A stretch of 64,000 bases of DNA from Anaerolineae bacterium (GTDB lineage: Bacteria > Chloroflexota > Anaerolineae > SpSt-313), in assembly GCA_034428955.1 (NCBI GenBank), contig DAOUGZ010000316.1, forward strand, positions 285-64,284. Direction: 5' to 3'. Of this stretch, positions 10,901 to 20,754 are shown in pieces. The stretch's first letter is position 1. Each line of letters begins with the position of its first letter. A model generated the notes under the pieces. It was given only the letters and a program-made list of their open reading frames with translations. It searched no databases and had not been told where the DNA came from. A program made the position numbers and the translations under genes.

Positions 10901-11650
10901 CTATGGCTGCACAAAGGGCGGTTCGCCGCGAATCTCGTCGACGATGCTCATGGCCTTGCGCACCGAATCGGCATCGCCCAGCAGCAGGAAGGAGATGCTT
11001 CCCTCCGCCCCGGCGATGCCCCCCGCGCCGCAGGGGATGGCTTCGACATCCGCCAGGGTGTCAAAGGCCTCAATCTCGGTAAAGAGATCCCCATAGACGG
11101 GAAAGATGCTCACCACATTGCCCAGGGCCTCGTCCTCCTCACTGACGAGAGCGGAGGCCTCCTCGATGGGATAGGGCACGCACTTTTCCAGGCCCACCGG
11201 CACAAGCAGCCTCAGCTTGCGCGTGATGATATAGCCGAGGGTACCGCCGATGGTGCCGCCGCCCTCTCCACCCACCCAGATGCCGGCCACTCCCCGCTCA
11301 TAGTTGATGGCGTTGGCGCCCTTGATAAAGAGGTCGCCGGGCTGCATGACCTTGACGGCCGAGAAGCGGTCCAGGTCGGGCGCCAGCTCGCCGTTGCGAA
11401 AGACGGCATCGGGGCGGCTATCCTTGGGCCAATCCGGCGATTCGCCTCGGGGTGTGATGCGGCCGGTGACATAGGTGCGCTTGTCAAAGCGCTCGCCCAA
11501 GAGTTCTTCGAGGACATAGGCGTTCGTCGTGCCGGTGGAAACCATGATGATGCCCTGGCGCATCTTGTCCTGCACGATGTCGAGCGCGGCCACCCCACGG
11601 GCGATGAGCCGCTTGGACTCGGAGACGGTGAGCGTAACTTGGGCTTTCAT
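10901..11650 (-). CDS. Conserved hypothetical protein (249 aa) with a glycine-rich GGEGGGTIGG loop; function unknown
   Basis: Clean ORF without overlap and globular composition, but no family is confidently recognised. Confidence 0.55.
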   Translation of the reverse strand: MKAQVTLTVSESKRLIARGVAALDIVQDKMRQGIIMVSTGTTNAYVLEELLGERFDKRTYVTGRITPRGESPDWPKDSRPDAVFRNGELAPDLDRFSAVKVMQPGDLFIKGANAINYERGVAGIWVGGEGGGTIGGTLGYIITRKLRLLVPVGLEKCVPYPIEEASALVSEEDEALGNVVSIFPVYGDLFTEIEAFDTLADVEAIPCGAGGIAGAEGSISFLLLGDADSVRKAMSIVDEIRGEPPFVQP

Positions 11651-11739
11651 CTCGTTGCTTGCCTCCTGCTTCAGGTTGGGGAACGAATGCTGTAACGCCC
11701 TGGATTATCACACCGCTCTGCGACGGCGTCAAGCGGCTA

Positions 11740-11862
11740 CTACATGGGGCAAGATGGCATGGCCTCCCCATGTAGTAACGGCTTCCAGCCGTTTGTAGCC
11801 CCGCCATTGCAACACGGCCGTTCCAAAAGCACGAACCGCTGAAGCGGTTACCACATGGGGCT
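11740..11862. promoter_or_regulatory. Repeat-rich divergent intergenic region with direct and inverted copies of GCGGYTACYACATGGGG
   Basis: Direct copies at 11742 and 11844, an inverted copy at 11766 (CCCCATGTAGTAACGGC), a partial inverted copy at 11787, and a CGCTGAAGCGG hairpin. Confidence 0.4.
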
Positions 11863-11943
11863 ATGCGGTAGCTTGGCTGTCTGCCGTGGCACCACTCGTG
11901 CAGGGGCCAAAGGTGTTCCCCGACTCTGCAAGCGAGGTGCGTC

Positions 11944-12741
11944 ATGGCCATCATCGAGACGGAAGGCCTGACCCGCCGCTTCGGGGCTCAAGCCGCGGTG
12001 GACGATCTGACCCTCTCGGTCGAGGCGGGGGAGTCGTTCGGCCTGCTCGGCCCCAACGGCGCGGGCAAGACGACGGTAATCAGAATGTTGGTGACCCTGA
12101 TCAAGCCCAGTTCGGGCAGCGCCCGCGTGGCCGGATACGACGTGGTGCGCCAGGCGGCCCAGGTGCGCCGCGTGATCGGCTTTGTGCCGCAGGTCATCTC
12201 CGCCGACGGCACGCTGACCGGCTATGAGAACCTGCTCATCTTTGCTCGCCTCTACGACATCCCCCGCAGCGAGCGCAAAGCACGCATCCACGCCGCGCTA
12301 GAGTTCATGGGCCTCGCCGAGGCGGCCAACAAGCTCGTGCGCCAGTACTCGGGCGGCATGGTCCGTCGGCTGGAGATTGCCCAGTCGGCGCTGCACCGCC
12401 CGCAAGTGCTCTTTCTCGACGAGCCGACCGTCGGCCTGGACCCGGTAGCCCGCCGGTCGGTGTGGGAGCACATCGAAGGTTTGCGCCGCGACCTGGGGAC
12501 GACGATCTTTTTGACGACTCACTACATGGAAGAGGCCGATAGCCTGTGCGACCGGGTGGCCATCATGCACCTGGGCCGGGTCGTGGCGGCCGGCACCCCG
12601 GCCGATCTCAAGGCATCCGTCAACCATGGGGCGGCGACGCTGGAGGAGGTGTTTGTCCACTACACCGGCACGGGGCTCGAGGGCGCCGGCGGCTACCGGG
12701 AGGCCGAGAGAACGCGGCGCACAACGCGCCGCCTGGGGTAG
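11944..12741 (+). CDS. ABC transporter ATP-binding protein (ABC-2/DrrA-like exporter)
   Basis: Walker A GPNGAGKTT, signature YSGGMVRRLE, Walker B LFLDEPT. Confidence 0.9.
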   Translation: MAIIETEGLTRRFGAQAAVDDLTLSVEAGESFGLLGPNGAGKTTVIRMLVTLIKPSSGSARVAGYDVVRQAAQVRRVIGFVPQVISADGTLTGYENLLIFARLYDIPRSERKARIHAALEFMGLAEAANKLVRQYSGGMVRRLEIAQSALHRPQVLFLDEPTVGLDPVARRSVWEHIEGLRRDLGTTIFLTTHYMEEADSLCDRVAIMHLGRVVAAGTPADLKASVNHGAATLEEVFVHYTGTGLEGAGGYREAERTRRTTRRLG

Positions 12742-12744
12742 GCA

Positions 12745-13542
12745 GTGAGCATACGTGGCCTTTTCTCGCCGGCCGTGCGTTTTGTCGTCAAGACGTGGAC
12801 CATCGCTGACCTGGAGGTACGCAAGATCCGCCACGAGCCGATCGAGTTGCTGACGCGTGCGGTGCAGCCGGCGCTCTGGCTCGTCGTCTTTGGCGTGGTC
12901 TTTACCCGCGCCCGCGCCATCCCTACCGGCAATCTGCCCTACGTCAGCTTTCTGGCTCCCGGCATCCTGGCGCAGAGCATTCTGTTCATCTCTATCTTTT
13001 ACGGCATCGCCATCATCTGGGAGCGCGACCTGGGCATCACGAACAAGTTCCTGGCCAGCCCCACGCCGCGCGAGGCGCTAGTGCTGGGCCGGGCGTTGGC
13101 GGCCGGGATGCGGGGGCTGGTGCAGGCGACGATCATCTATCTGCTGGCCGCATTGCTGGGCGTGGGGCTGAGCCTGAACCCGCTCGACCTTGCCGGGGTG
13201 ATTCTGGCCATTCTGGCGGCCTCGACCATCTTTACCGCCTTTTCGCTGATCATTGCTGCCCTGGTCAAAACGCGTGAGGCCTTTATGGGCATTGGTCAGG
13301 TGATCATCTTTCCCCTCTTTTTCGTCAGCAACGCCATCTACCCCATAGCCCTGATGCCCTCCTGGCTGCAGGTGCTCTCGCGGTTCAACCCCCTGTCGTA
13401 CCAGGTGGATGCGCTACGTGCCCTGATGCTGACCGAGGGCACAAGCGCCTACGGCCTGGGGGTAGATTTCGCCGTACTCATCGGGCTCGCCCTCTTGCTC
13501 GTCCTCGCTGCCGGGCGAGCATACCCCAACGTGGTGTCTTAG
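12745..13542 (+). CDS. ABC-2 type transporter permease
   Basis: Six predicted TM helices; directly follows the ATPase gene. Confidence 0.85.
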   Translation: MSIRGLFSPAVRFVVKTWTIADLEVRKIRHEPIELLTRAVQPALWLVVFGVVFTRARAIPTGNLPYVSFLAPGILAQSILFISIFYGIAIIWERDLGITNKFLASPTPREALVLGRALAAGMRGLVQATIIYLLAALLGVGLSLNPLDLAGVILAILAASTIFTAFSLIIAALVKTREAFMGIGQVIIFPLFFVSNAIYPIALMPSWLQVLSRFNPLSYQVDALRALMLTEGTSAYGLGVDFAVLIGLALLLVLAAGRAYPNVVS

Positions 13543-13677
13543 CAGCCTGCCGGGCAAAGTGCTGCAGCAGGCAACCGGGCATGTAGCTGCATCCCACGCT
13601 CCGAGGGCAGCAGATCCCCTCCGGCAGGCTCCTGGCGCAACCCTGGGCTCACTTTACCGTATAGGTTAGCGTAAGAT

Positions 13678-13706
13678 TTGGCTGAACTCTGCCTGCTCTG
13701 TATAAT
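13678..13706 (+). promoter_or_regulatory. Putative sigma70 promoter (TTGGCT, 17-nt spacer, TATAAT) for the efflux operon
   Basis: TTGGCT at 13678-13683 and TATAAT at 13701-13706, followed by a roughly 220-nt leader. Confidence 0.45.
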
Positions 13707-13926
13707 ATGTTGACACATCGAATGGGAACGGGCCGATGCCGTCATGAGCGAGCGCCGGCCCGCCTTCTGCCGGCCGGCGCCGGCAATGCCAGGGCGGCCT
13801 TCGCGACACCTGCAAGTCTCCGCACCATGTAGGTGCCTGGGGCTTTGTGGGCCGTCCTCCAGCGCCACGCGTTGCAGGGCATGGCGCGACCTGGCTGAAT
13901 CGACGCGTTTTTTGGAGGATTGTTGA

Positions 13927-15327
13927 ATGCGTAAAAAGATTATCATTATCGGCCTGGTTCTGCTCGTCGTCGCAGGGCTGGGCTACTGGGGGGTGGGGCG
14001 GCTACGCCAAGCCGGGCGTGCGGCGATGGAGGACCTGCAGATCATCACCGTGCAGCGTGGCCCGCTGGCCGCCACGGTAGACACAGCCGGCACCGTCGAA
14101 ATGGTCCGCTCGGTGAACCTGGTGTTCCAGACGGCGGGGCAGATCAAAGAGATTGCCGTCAGCGAGGGTGACACGGTCAAGGCCGGGCAGATCATCGCCC
14201 GCCTGGACACGGCAGATGCTCAACTACAGGTGGCCCAGGCCGAGGCCAGCCTGGCCACCGCCGAGGCCCAGTTGGCCCTGGCCAAAAAGAGCAGCACAGC
14301 CGAGGAGATTGCTGCCGCCCAGGCCGCCCTGGCCAGCGCCGAAGAAAACCTCAGGCGCCTGCAGGCCGGGGCCACGGAGGAGGAAATCGAGATCGCACGC
14401 CTGCGTTGGGAGCAAGCCAAAGACCAACTCTGGGGCGCCCAGGCCCAACGCGATGCCACCTGCGGCAATCCCCTCGCCGGCGGCGGCGCCTGTGACGGGG
14501 CTAACGCCTCCGTCGCCGCAGCCGAGATGGCTGCCGAGATCGCGCGCATCCAGTATGAGCAGGCGCAAAAGGGCGCCAGCGATAGCGACCTGCGCGCCGC
14601 CGAGGCCCAGGTGGCGCAAGCACAGGCCAACCTGACCCGCCTGACCAGCGGCCCCAGCGCGGAGGATCTGCGTGTGGCCGAGTCCGCAGTGGAGCAGGCC
14701 AGGGTCTCTGTGGAGCTGGCCAAGCGCGGCCTGGAGCAGATGACTCTGCAGGCCCCCTTTGACGGCACCATTGCCCAGTTGGACCTGGAGGTGGGCCAGG
14801 TCGTCGGCCCTTCGTCGCCCGTGGGCGTGTTGGCCGGCGATGAGCGCCTGCAGGTCGTTGCGGATATGTCGGAAGTGGATGTGGCGCTCATTGCCGAAGG
14901 GCAAGAGGTCGAAATCACGCTGGACGCCCTGCCGGAGCGCACCTTCAAGGGGCACGTCACCGACGTGGCACTGGCCGGTGTGAGCACTCAGGGAGCCGTC
15001 AATTTCCCGGTGACGATTGCTCTGGACGAGGCGGACCCGATCGTCAGGCCGGGCATGTCGGCCAGCATCTCGGTGATCACTGAACGTCGCGAGAATGTGC
15101 TGCTCGTGCCCAGCCGGGCCATCTACGCCCAGGGCAGAGATAGAGTAGTCTATGTGTGGCGCGGCGGGCAGGTCGAGGCCGTGCCCGTGCAGATCGGCAT
15201 GAGCGGCGACAGCGGCACCGAGATCCTGGGAGACAGCCTCAGCGAGGGACAGGAGATCATCCTGAGCGGCGGGACCCTCTTCGAGTTGATGGTCCAGACC
15301 AGTGGCCCAATAGTATTTGGGCAGTAA
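13927..15327 (+). CDS. HlyD/MacA-family periplasmic adaptor (membrane fusion protein) with long Ala-rich coiled coil
   Basis: N-terminal TM anchor, extended coiled coil (AQLQVAQAEASLATAEAQLALAK...) and a beta-barrel/MPD C-terminus. Confidence 0.85.
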   Translation: MRKKIIIIGLVLLVVAGLGYWGVGRLRQAGRAAMEDLQIITVQRGPLAATVDTAGTVEMVRSVNLVFQTAGQIKEIAVSEGDTVKAGQIIARLDTADAQLQVAQAEASLATAEAQLALAKKSSTAEEIAAAQAALASAEENLRRLQAGATEEEIEIARLRWEQAKDQLWGAQAQRDATCGNPLAGGGACDGANASVAAAEMAAEIARIQYEQAQKGASDSDLRAAEAQVAQAQANLTRLTSGPSAEDLRVAESAVEQARVSVELAKRGLEQMTLQAPFDGTIAQLDLEVGQVVGPSSPVGVLAGDERLQVVADMSEVDVALIAEGQEVEITLDALPERTFKGHVTDVALAGVSTQGAVNFPVTIALDEADPIVRPGMSASISVITERRENVLLVPSRAIYAQGRDRVVYVWRGGQVEAVPVQIGMSGDSGTEILGDSLSEGQEIILSGGTLFELMVQTSGPIVFGQ

Positions 15328-15339
15328 GCAGGCTGAGCG

Positions 15340-16020
15340 ATGATCATTCTCGAGAACGTTACCAAAGTCTACCGGCTGGGCACAGTCGAGGTCCGTGCGC
15401 TGGCCGGCGTGTCACTCACTGTTGAGCAAGGTGAGTGGGTGGCCATCATGGGACCCTCCGGCTCGGGCAAGTCAACGTTGATGAACATCATCGGCTGCCT
15501 CGATACGCCTACCTCCGGCCGCTACACCCTCGATGGGGTGGATGTCAGCTCGCTGGATGACGGCCAACTGGCCGAAATCCGTAACCGCAAGCTCGGTTTT
15601 GTCTTCCAGTCCTACAATTTGTTGCCGCGAACCACGGCGCTGGAGAATGCCGAACTGCCGCTGGTCTACAGCGGCGCTCCCAACCGACGCAAGCGGGCCA
15701 TCGAGTCCCTCATTCGCGTGGGCCTGGCCGACCGTCTGCATCACCGGCCCAACGAGCTCTCCGGCGGGCAGCAGCAGCGGGTGGCCATCGCCCGCTCGCT
15801 GGTGAACAATCCGCCGGTGCTGCTGGCCGATGAGCCCACCGGCAACCTCGACTCGCGTTCGGGCGAGGAGATTATGGCCATCCTGCGTGACCTGCACGAA
15901 CAAGGCCTGACCATCGTCCTCGTCACCCACGACCGGAGCGTCGGGAGGCAGGCGCAACGCATCATCCGCCTGCGCGATGGTCTGGTTGTGCAAGACAGCA
16001 GGACGAGGACGGGAAATTGA
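15340..16020 (+). CDS. ABC transporter ATP-binding protein, MacB/LolD-like
   Basis: [35 protein letters not shown]. Confidence 0.9.
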   Translation: MIILENVTKVYRLGTVEVRALAGVSLTVEQGEWVAIMGPSGSGKSTLMNIIGCLDTPTSGRYTLDGVDVSSLDDGQLAEIRNRKLGFVFQSYNLLPRTTALENAELPLVYSGAPNRRKRAIESLIRVGLADRLHHRPNELSGGQQQRVAIARSLVNNPPVLLADEPTGNLDSRSGEEIMAILRDLHEQGLTIVLVTHDRSVGRQAQRIIRLRDGLVVQDSRTRTGN

Positions 16021-16096
16021 CGGAGCCGGAGGGAGCCGAGGACGGGCCACAGGCCGAAGCATCCCCGCCTCCCTCAACTCCTCTTAGAGGTCTGAT

Positions 16097-17341
16097 ATGA
16101 ACATACAAGAAAGCCTGCAGACGGCGTTGCGCAGCCTGCGGGCCAACAAAGCCCGCTCGGGGCTGACCATGCTAGGGATCATCATCGGCGTGGCCGCCGT
16201 GATCGCCCTGCTCGCCATCGGCCATGGGGCGCAGGCTGTCGTCACGGAGCAGATCCAGGGTATCGGCTCGAACCTGCTCTTTGTGATGCCCAAAGCCACG
16301 CAGCAAGGCGGAGTGCAGATGGACACAGGCATAGTGCAGACCCTGACCTATGAGGATGCCCTGGCCATCGCCTCCCCTCTCAACTGCCCTAACGTGGCCC
16401 GCGTGGCGCCCCAACTGGGCCGAGGGGTGCAAATCGTCTACAAGGGAGAGAGCGTACAGACGCAGCTTGTAGGCACAACGGCCGATTTCGCCATCGTGCG
16501 CAACTTTCAGTTGGCCGAGGGCGAGTTCTTTTCCCCTTCCCACGTTAGCGGCCGTTCGCTGGTCGCCGTGCTCGGGCCTGATACCGCCGAGGCGCTCTTT
16601 GGCAGTGAAAGCGCCCTGGATAAGAGCATCCGGGTGAACAATATCACCTTCCGCGTGATCGGCGTGCTGGCCGCCAAGGGCGGCGGCAGCTTTGGCAGCG
16701 AGGATGACCAGGTAATCGTCCCCCTGACCACAGCCGCCCTCCGCCTGGGGCGCCAGCAGGTGCGCGGCGGTACGGCCGTGGTCGCGATCAACGTGCAGGC
16801 GATCAGCGACAAAGCGGTCGAAGCGGCCGCGGAGGAGATCCGGACCGTGCTGCGCGAGCGCCACCGCTTGCGCTTTGAGGATGACTTTCAGATACTCTCG
16901 CAGACCGACATCCTCTCGCTCGCCAGCCAGGTCACAGGGGTGCTGACCATCTTCCTGGGCGGAATCGCAGCCATATCGCTCTTGGTGGGCGGTATCGGCA
17001 TCATGAACATCATGCTCGTATCGGTTACTGAGCGTACGCGCGAGATCGGCATCCGCAAGGCCGTGGGGGCCAAGCGGCGCGACATCCTCATGCAGTTTCT
17101 CACAGAGGCCGTCGTCCTCAGCATCGCCGGCGGCCTGTTGGGCATCCTGCTCGGCTGGGGGCTTTCGTCGCTCGTAGAACGCATCAGCACCGCGAGCGGC
17201 ACCCCCATTCCGGTCACCCTCACGCCGAGTTCGATCGCCCTGGCCTGCGGGTTCTCGATCGCCGTAGGGCTGTTCTTCGGCATCTATCCCGCCGCCCGCG
17301 CAGCGAGCCTGAACCCGATAGACGCCCTGAGGTACGAGTAG
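16097..17341 (+). CDS. ABC transporter permease, MacB/FtsX family
   Basis: MacB periplasmic core domain plus an FtsX four-helix C-terminus (ISLLVGGIGIMNIMLVSVTERTREIGIRKAVGA). Confidence 0.9.
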   Translation: MNIQESLQTALRSLRANKARSGLTMLGIIIGVAAVIALLAIGHGAQAVVTEQIQGIGSNLLFVMPKATQQGGVQMDTGIVQTLTYEDALAIASPLNCPNVARVAPQLGRGVQIVYKGESVQTQLVGTTADFAIVRNFQLAEGEFFSPSHVSGRSLVAVLGPDTAEALFGSESALDKSIRVNNITFRVIGVLAAKGGGSFGSEDDQVIVPLTTAALRLGRQQVRGGTAVVAINVQAISDKAVEAAAEEIRTVLRERHRLRFEDDFQILSQTDILSLASQVTGVLTIFLGGIAAISLLVGGIGIMNIMLVSVTERTREIGIRKAVGAKRRDILMQFLTEAVVLSIAGGLLGILLGWGLSSLVERISTASGTPIPVTLTPSSIALACGFSIAVGLFFGIYPAARAASLNPIDALRYE

Positions 17342-17360
17342 GGGGGACGAACAGACCCGA

Positions 17361-17394
17361 CGGGTCTCGGAAACCCGTCGGGTCTAGGCAGAGT
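17361..17394. terminator. Hairpin between convergent genes (12-bp stem AGACCCGACGGG/CCCGTCGGGTCT), no T-run
   Basis: Lies between FtsX (+) and gcvPB (-). It shares the GACGGGTCTC...ACCCGTC core with the hairpin at 9038-9075. Confidence 0.45.
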
Positions 17395-17404
17395 CCGTTG
17401 GACC

Positions 17405-18895
17405 TTATGGCGTCCAGCGCAGGCGCGGCTCGCGCGCGGCGTGCACTTCGTCCAGCCTCCCCACGAGGGTGTTGTGCGGCGCCTCGTGCAGCAGGTTGGG
17501 ATCGGTGCGCGCATCCTCGGCAATGCGCAGCATGGCCTCGACAAAGGCATCCAGCGTTTCCTTGCTCTCCGTCTCTGTCGGCTCGATCATCAGCGCCTCG
17601 GGGACGATGAGCGGGAAATAGTTCGTCGGCGGGTGGAAGCCATAGTCGATCAGGCGCTTGGAGATATCCAGCGCCCTCACCTCCGGCGCCCCTTCCACGC
17701 GCCCTTCGAGCACAAACTCGTGCATGCACGGGCGATCGTGAGAGATGCGGAAGGCGCCTCTGAGCCGGGCCTGCAGATAGTTGGCATTCAGAACAGCGAC
17801 CTCGGAAGCCTCTCTCAGGCCCGCCGCGCCGAGCATGCGGAGATAGGTGTAGGCCCGGATCATGACGGCAAAGTTGCCGTAGAAGGCCTTTAGCCGCCCG
17901 ATCGAGCTCTCGGGCCACACGAGCCGATAGGCGACATCCTCCTCGCACTCTTCGCCTTCACAACCGCAGCCACAACTACAGCCGTCCTCGGCCACATAGC
18001 GCTCGACGATGGGCCCAGGCAGGAACGGGGCCAGCTCGGCGGTGACGCCGACGGGCCCCGACCCGGGACCGCCGCCGCCATGCGGCGTGGAAAAGGTCTT
18101 GTGCAGGTTAAAGTGCATGATGTCAAAGCCCAGCTCGGCCGGCTTGGCGATGCCCATCAGGGCGTTAAAGTTGGCGCCGTCGCCGTACATCAGGCCGCCC
18201 GCAGCGTGGACCAACTCTGCGACCTCGAGGATATGCTCGTCAAAGAGCCCCAGGGTATTCGGGTTGGTCAGCATCATGCCGGCGACCCGCTCGTCGAGAT
18301 GGGTGCGCAGGTCTTCCAGGTCGACATTGCCCCGCTCGTCGGATTTGCACTCGACCACCTCATAGCCGCTCATCGAAGTGCTGGCCGGGTTGGTGCCATG
18401 CGCCGAATCGGGGATCAGCACACGCTTGCGCTGCTCGTCGCCCCGGGCGAGGTGATAGGCACGCATGATCAGGGTGCCTGCCAACTCGCCATGGGCACCC
18501 GCAGCCAGCTGCAGGCTGACGGCCGCAAAGCCGGAAAGGGCGCCCAGGTAGGTCTGCAATTCGTACATCAGGCGCAGGTTGCCCTGAACGGTCTCTTCGG
18601 GTTGGTAGGGATGGGTGCGCGCAAAGCCGGGCAGGCGCGCCGCGTCCTCGTTCACTTTGGGGTTATACTTCATCGTACAAGAGCCGAGGGGGTAAAACCC
18701 GGTATCCACACTATAGTTCAGGTGCGACAGGCGGACATAGTGGCGCACCAGGTCTACCTCGCTCACCTCGGGGAGCAGCGGAGCTTGCTCGCGCACCCAT
18801 TCGTCGGGCAGCGCCGCCGCGGGCACGTCGGAAGCGGGCAAGGAGCAGGCGCAGCGGCCAGGCCGGCTCTGTTCAAAGATCAAGGGCTCGCTCAT
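17405..18895 (-). CDS. gcvPB: Glycine dehydrogenase (decarboxylating) subunit 2
   Basis: Strong GcvPB similarity (PLGSCTMKYNPK, DSAHGTNPAS, HFNLHKTFSTPHGGGGPG). Contains an unusual Cys/Glu-rich insertion. Confidence 0.95.
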   Translation of the reverse strand: MSEPLIFEQSRPGRCACSLPASDVPAAALPDEWVREQAPLLPEVSEVDLVRHYVRLSHLNYSVDTGFYPLGSCTMKYNPKVNEDAARLPGFARTHPYQPEETVQGNLRLMYELQTYLGALSGFAAVSLQLAAGAHGELAGTLIMRAYHLARGDEQRKRVLIPDSAHGTNPASTSMSGYEVVECKSDERGNVDLEDLRTHLDERVAGMMLTNPNTLGLFDEHILEVAELVHAAGGLMYGDGANFNALMGIAKPAELGFDIMHFNLHKTFSTPHGGGGPGSGPVGVTAELAPFLPGPIVERYVAEDGCSCGCGCEGEECEEDVAYRLVWPESSIGRLKAFYGNFAVMIRAYTYLRMLGAAGLREASEVAVLNANYLQARLRGAFRISHDRPCMHEFVLEGRVEGAPEVRALDISKRLIDYGFHPPTNYFPLIVPEALMIEPTETESKETLDAFVEAMLRIAEDARTDPNLLHEAPHNTLVGRLDEVHAAREPRLRWTP

Positions 18896-20253
18896 TCCTC
18901 GCCTCCCTCGCCGATCACCTCCAGCGCCATCACCAGATCATCGATCTCCTGCCGCGTGTTCATCTCGGTCACACAAAGCAGCATGTGACCCTGCAGGCTG
19001 GGATGACACTCGCCCAGGTCGTAACCGCCGATGATCCCATAGTCGAGCAGCAGATCGTTGATCTCAGCGACGGGGAGCGGGCAGCGCACGACGAACTCTT
19101 TGAAGAAAGGCCGATCGCGACGAACGGTAAAGCCGGGGACGGCGTCGATCTTGCCCGCGGCATAGTGGGCCTTGTCGTAGCACAGCCTGGCCACCTGCTG
19201 CAGCCCCTGCCGGCCCAGGGCAGACATATACACCCCGGCGGCCAAGGCGCAGAGCGCCTCGTTGCTGCAGATATTGGAGGTGGCGCGCTCGCGGCGGATA
19301 TGCTGCTCGCGCGTGGCCAGGGTCAGCACATAGCCCCGCCGCCCCTGGTGATCGACCGTCTCACCGACCAGGCGGCCCGCCATGCGCCGCACATAGGCTG
19401 CGCGACAGGCGAAAAAGCCCAGGTAGGGGCCGCCAAAGCTGAGGGCATTGCCCAGCGGCTGACCCTCGCCCACGACGATATCCGCACCGTAGGTAGCCGG
19501 CGGCCGCAAGAGCCCGAGGGAGATGGGGTCCGCCGCCACGACAAAGAGGGCACCGACTCGATGCGCCGCCTCGGCCAGCGCCGCCAGCTCGGCCGGCGAG
19601 TCCATGGCGCCGAAAAAGTCGGGCACCTGGACGATGACACAGGCCGTCTGATCATCGACGCGCGCGGCCAGGTCGCCGAGCGTGGCCGATGGGTCCTCGT
19701 CGCCGGCGATCTCTACATTCATGCCCTGCACATAGGTGCGGACCACCGCGCGGTACTCGGGATGCACAGCCGGCGCCACCAGCGCCTTGCGCCGCTTGCC
19801 GCGGGTTGCGCTGACGGCCATGATCACCGCCTCGGCCATGGCCGTGCCGCCGTCATAGTGCGAGGCGTTGGCCACATCCATGCCCGTCAGCTCGCAGATC
19901 ATGGTCTGATACTCAAAGATGGTCTGCAACGTGCCCTGGCTGATCTCGGGCTGGTAAGGCGTATAGGCGGTGTAGAACTCGGAACGGCCGACGATATGCT
20001 GCACCACACTGGGCACATAGTGGTTGTAGGCCCCGGCCCCCAAAAAGCAGGCATAGTGGTCCAGGTCGGCGTTCTTCTCGCTCAGGAGGCGCAAGTCGGC
20101 CAGCACTTCCATCTCCGAAAGCGCGGGCGGCAGCGTCACCTCCGGAAAGCGCGCCGACTCCGGCACGACCCCGAAGAGGTCTTCCACAGACCGGACCCCA
20201 ATCGCAGCCAGCATCGCCTGCCGATCGGCGTCGGTGTGGGGAATGTAGGACAT
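18892..20253 (-). CDS. gcvPA: Glycine dehydrogenase (decarboxylating) subunit 1
   Basis: GcvPA similarity (YTPYQPEISQGTLQ..., NASHYDGGTAMAEA); 4-nt overlap with gcvPB. Confidence 0.95.
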   Translation of the reverse strand: MSYIPHTDADRQAMLAAIGVRSVEDLFGVVPESARFPEVTLPPALSEMEVLADLRLLSEKNADLDHYACFLGAGAYNHYVPSVVQHIVGRSEFYTAYTPYQPEISQGTLQTIFEYQTMICELTGMDVANASHYDGGTAMAEAVIMAVSATRGKRRKALVAPAVHPEYRAVVRTYVQGMNVEIAGDEDPSATLGDLAARVDDQTACVIVQVPDFFGAMDSPAELAALAEAAHRVGALFVVAADPISLGLLRPPATYGADIVVGEGQPLGNALSFGGPYLGFFACRAAYVRRMAGRLVGETVDHQGRRGYVLTLATREQHIRRERATSNICSNEALCALAAGVYMSALGRQGLQQVARLCYDKAHYAAGKIDAVPGFTVRRDRPFFKEFVVRCPLPVAEINDLLLDYGIIGGYDLGECHPSLQGHMLLCVTEMNTRQEIDDLVMALEVIGEGGEE

Positions 20254-20646
20254 CTAGTGCCCCCCCTCTTCGCTCGCCACGTGCTCAGCATAGGCGTCCG
20301 CGTCCAGGAGGCCATTCACGTCCTCGGGATTGTCGGGGGTAAAGCGGACCAACCAGGCCTTGTAGGGTTCCTCATTGACCTGCCCGGGGTTGTCGGCCAG
20401 CTCCTCGTTGACCGCCACAATCGTGCCCGCGACGGGCATATAGAGGTCCGAGGCCGCCTTGACCGACTCGACAACGCCCCAGGTCGCACCCGGGTCGAAA
20501 TGCTCCCCCACCTCGGGCAGCTCGAGGTAGACGACATCGCTGAGTTCATCCTGAGCATAGTCTGTGATGCCCATCAGCGCCTCGGAATTCTCGATACGCA
20601 CCCACTCATGGGTCTTGGTGTAGCGGGCGGTCTGGTCGATCTCCAT
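20254..20646 (-). CDS. gcvH: Glycine cleavage system H protein
   Basis: Lipoyl-lysine motif VESVKAASDLY. ATG at 20646 with GAAGGAGGT RBS. The tracked ORF extends to TTG 20667. Confidence 0.9.
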   Translation of the reverse strand: MEIDQTARYTKTHEWVRIENSEALMGITDYAQDELSDVVYLELPEVGEHFDPGATWGVVESVKAASDLYMPVAGTIVAVNEELADNPGQVNEEPYKAWLVRFTPDNPEDVNGLLDADAYAEHVASEEGGH

Positions 20647-20754
20647 GGTGTGTACCTCCTTCACCAACCGTCATCAATCATCAGTCGTCAGTCTCGTCTC
20701 ACGCTTCTCGGATCCTTTCACGGATCACGGATCAGGCTTGATGCAAGACACCGC

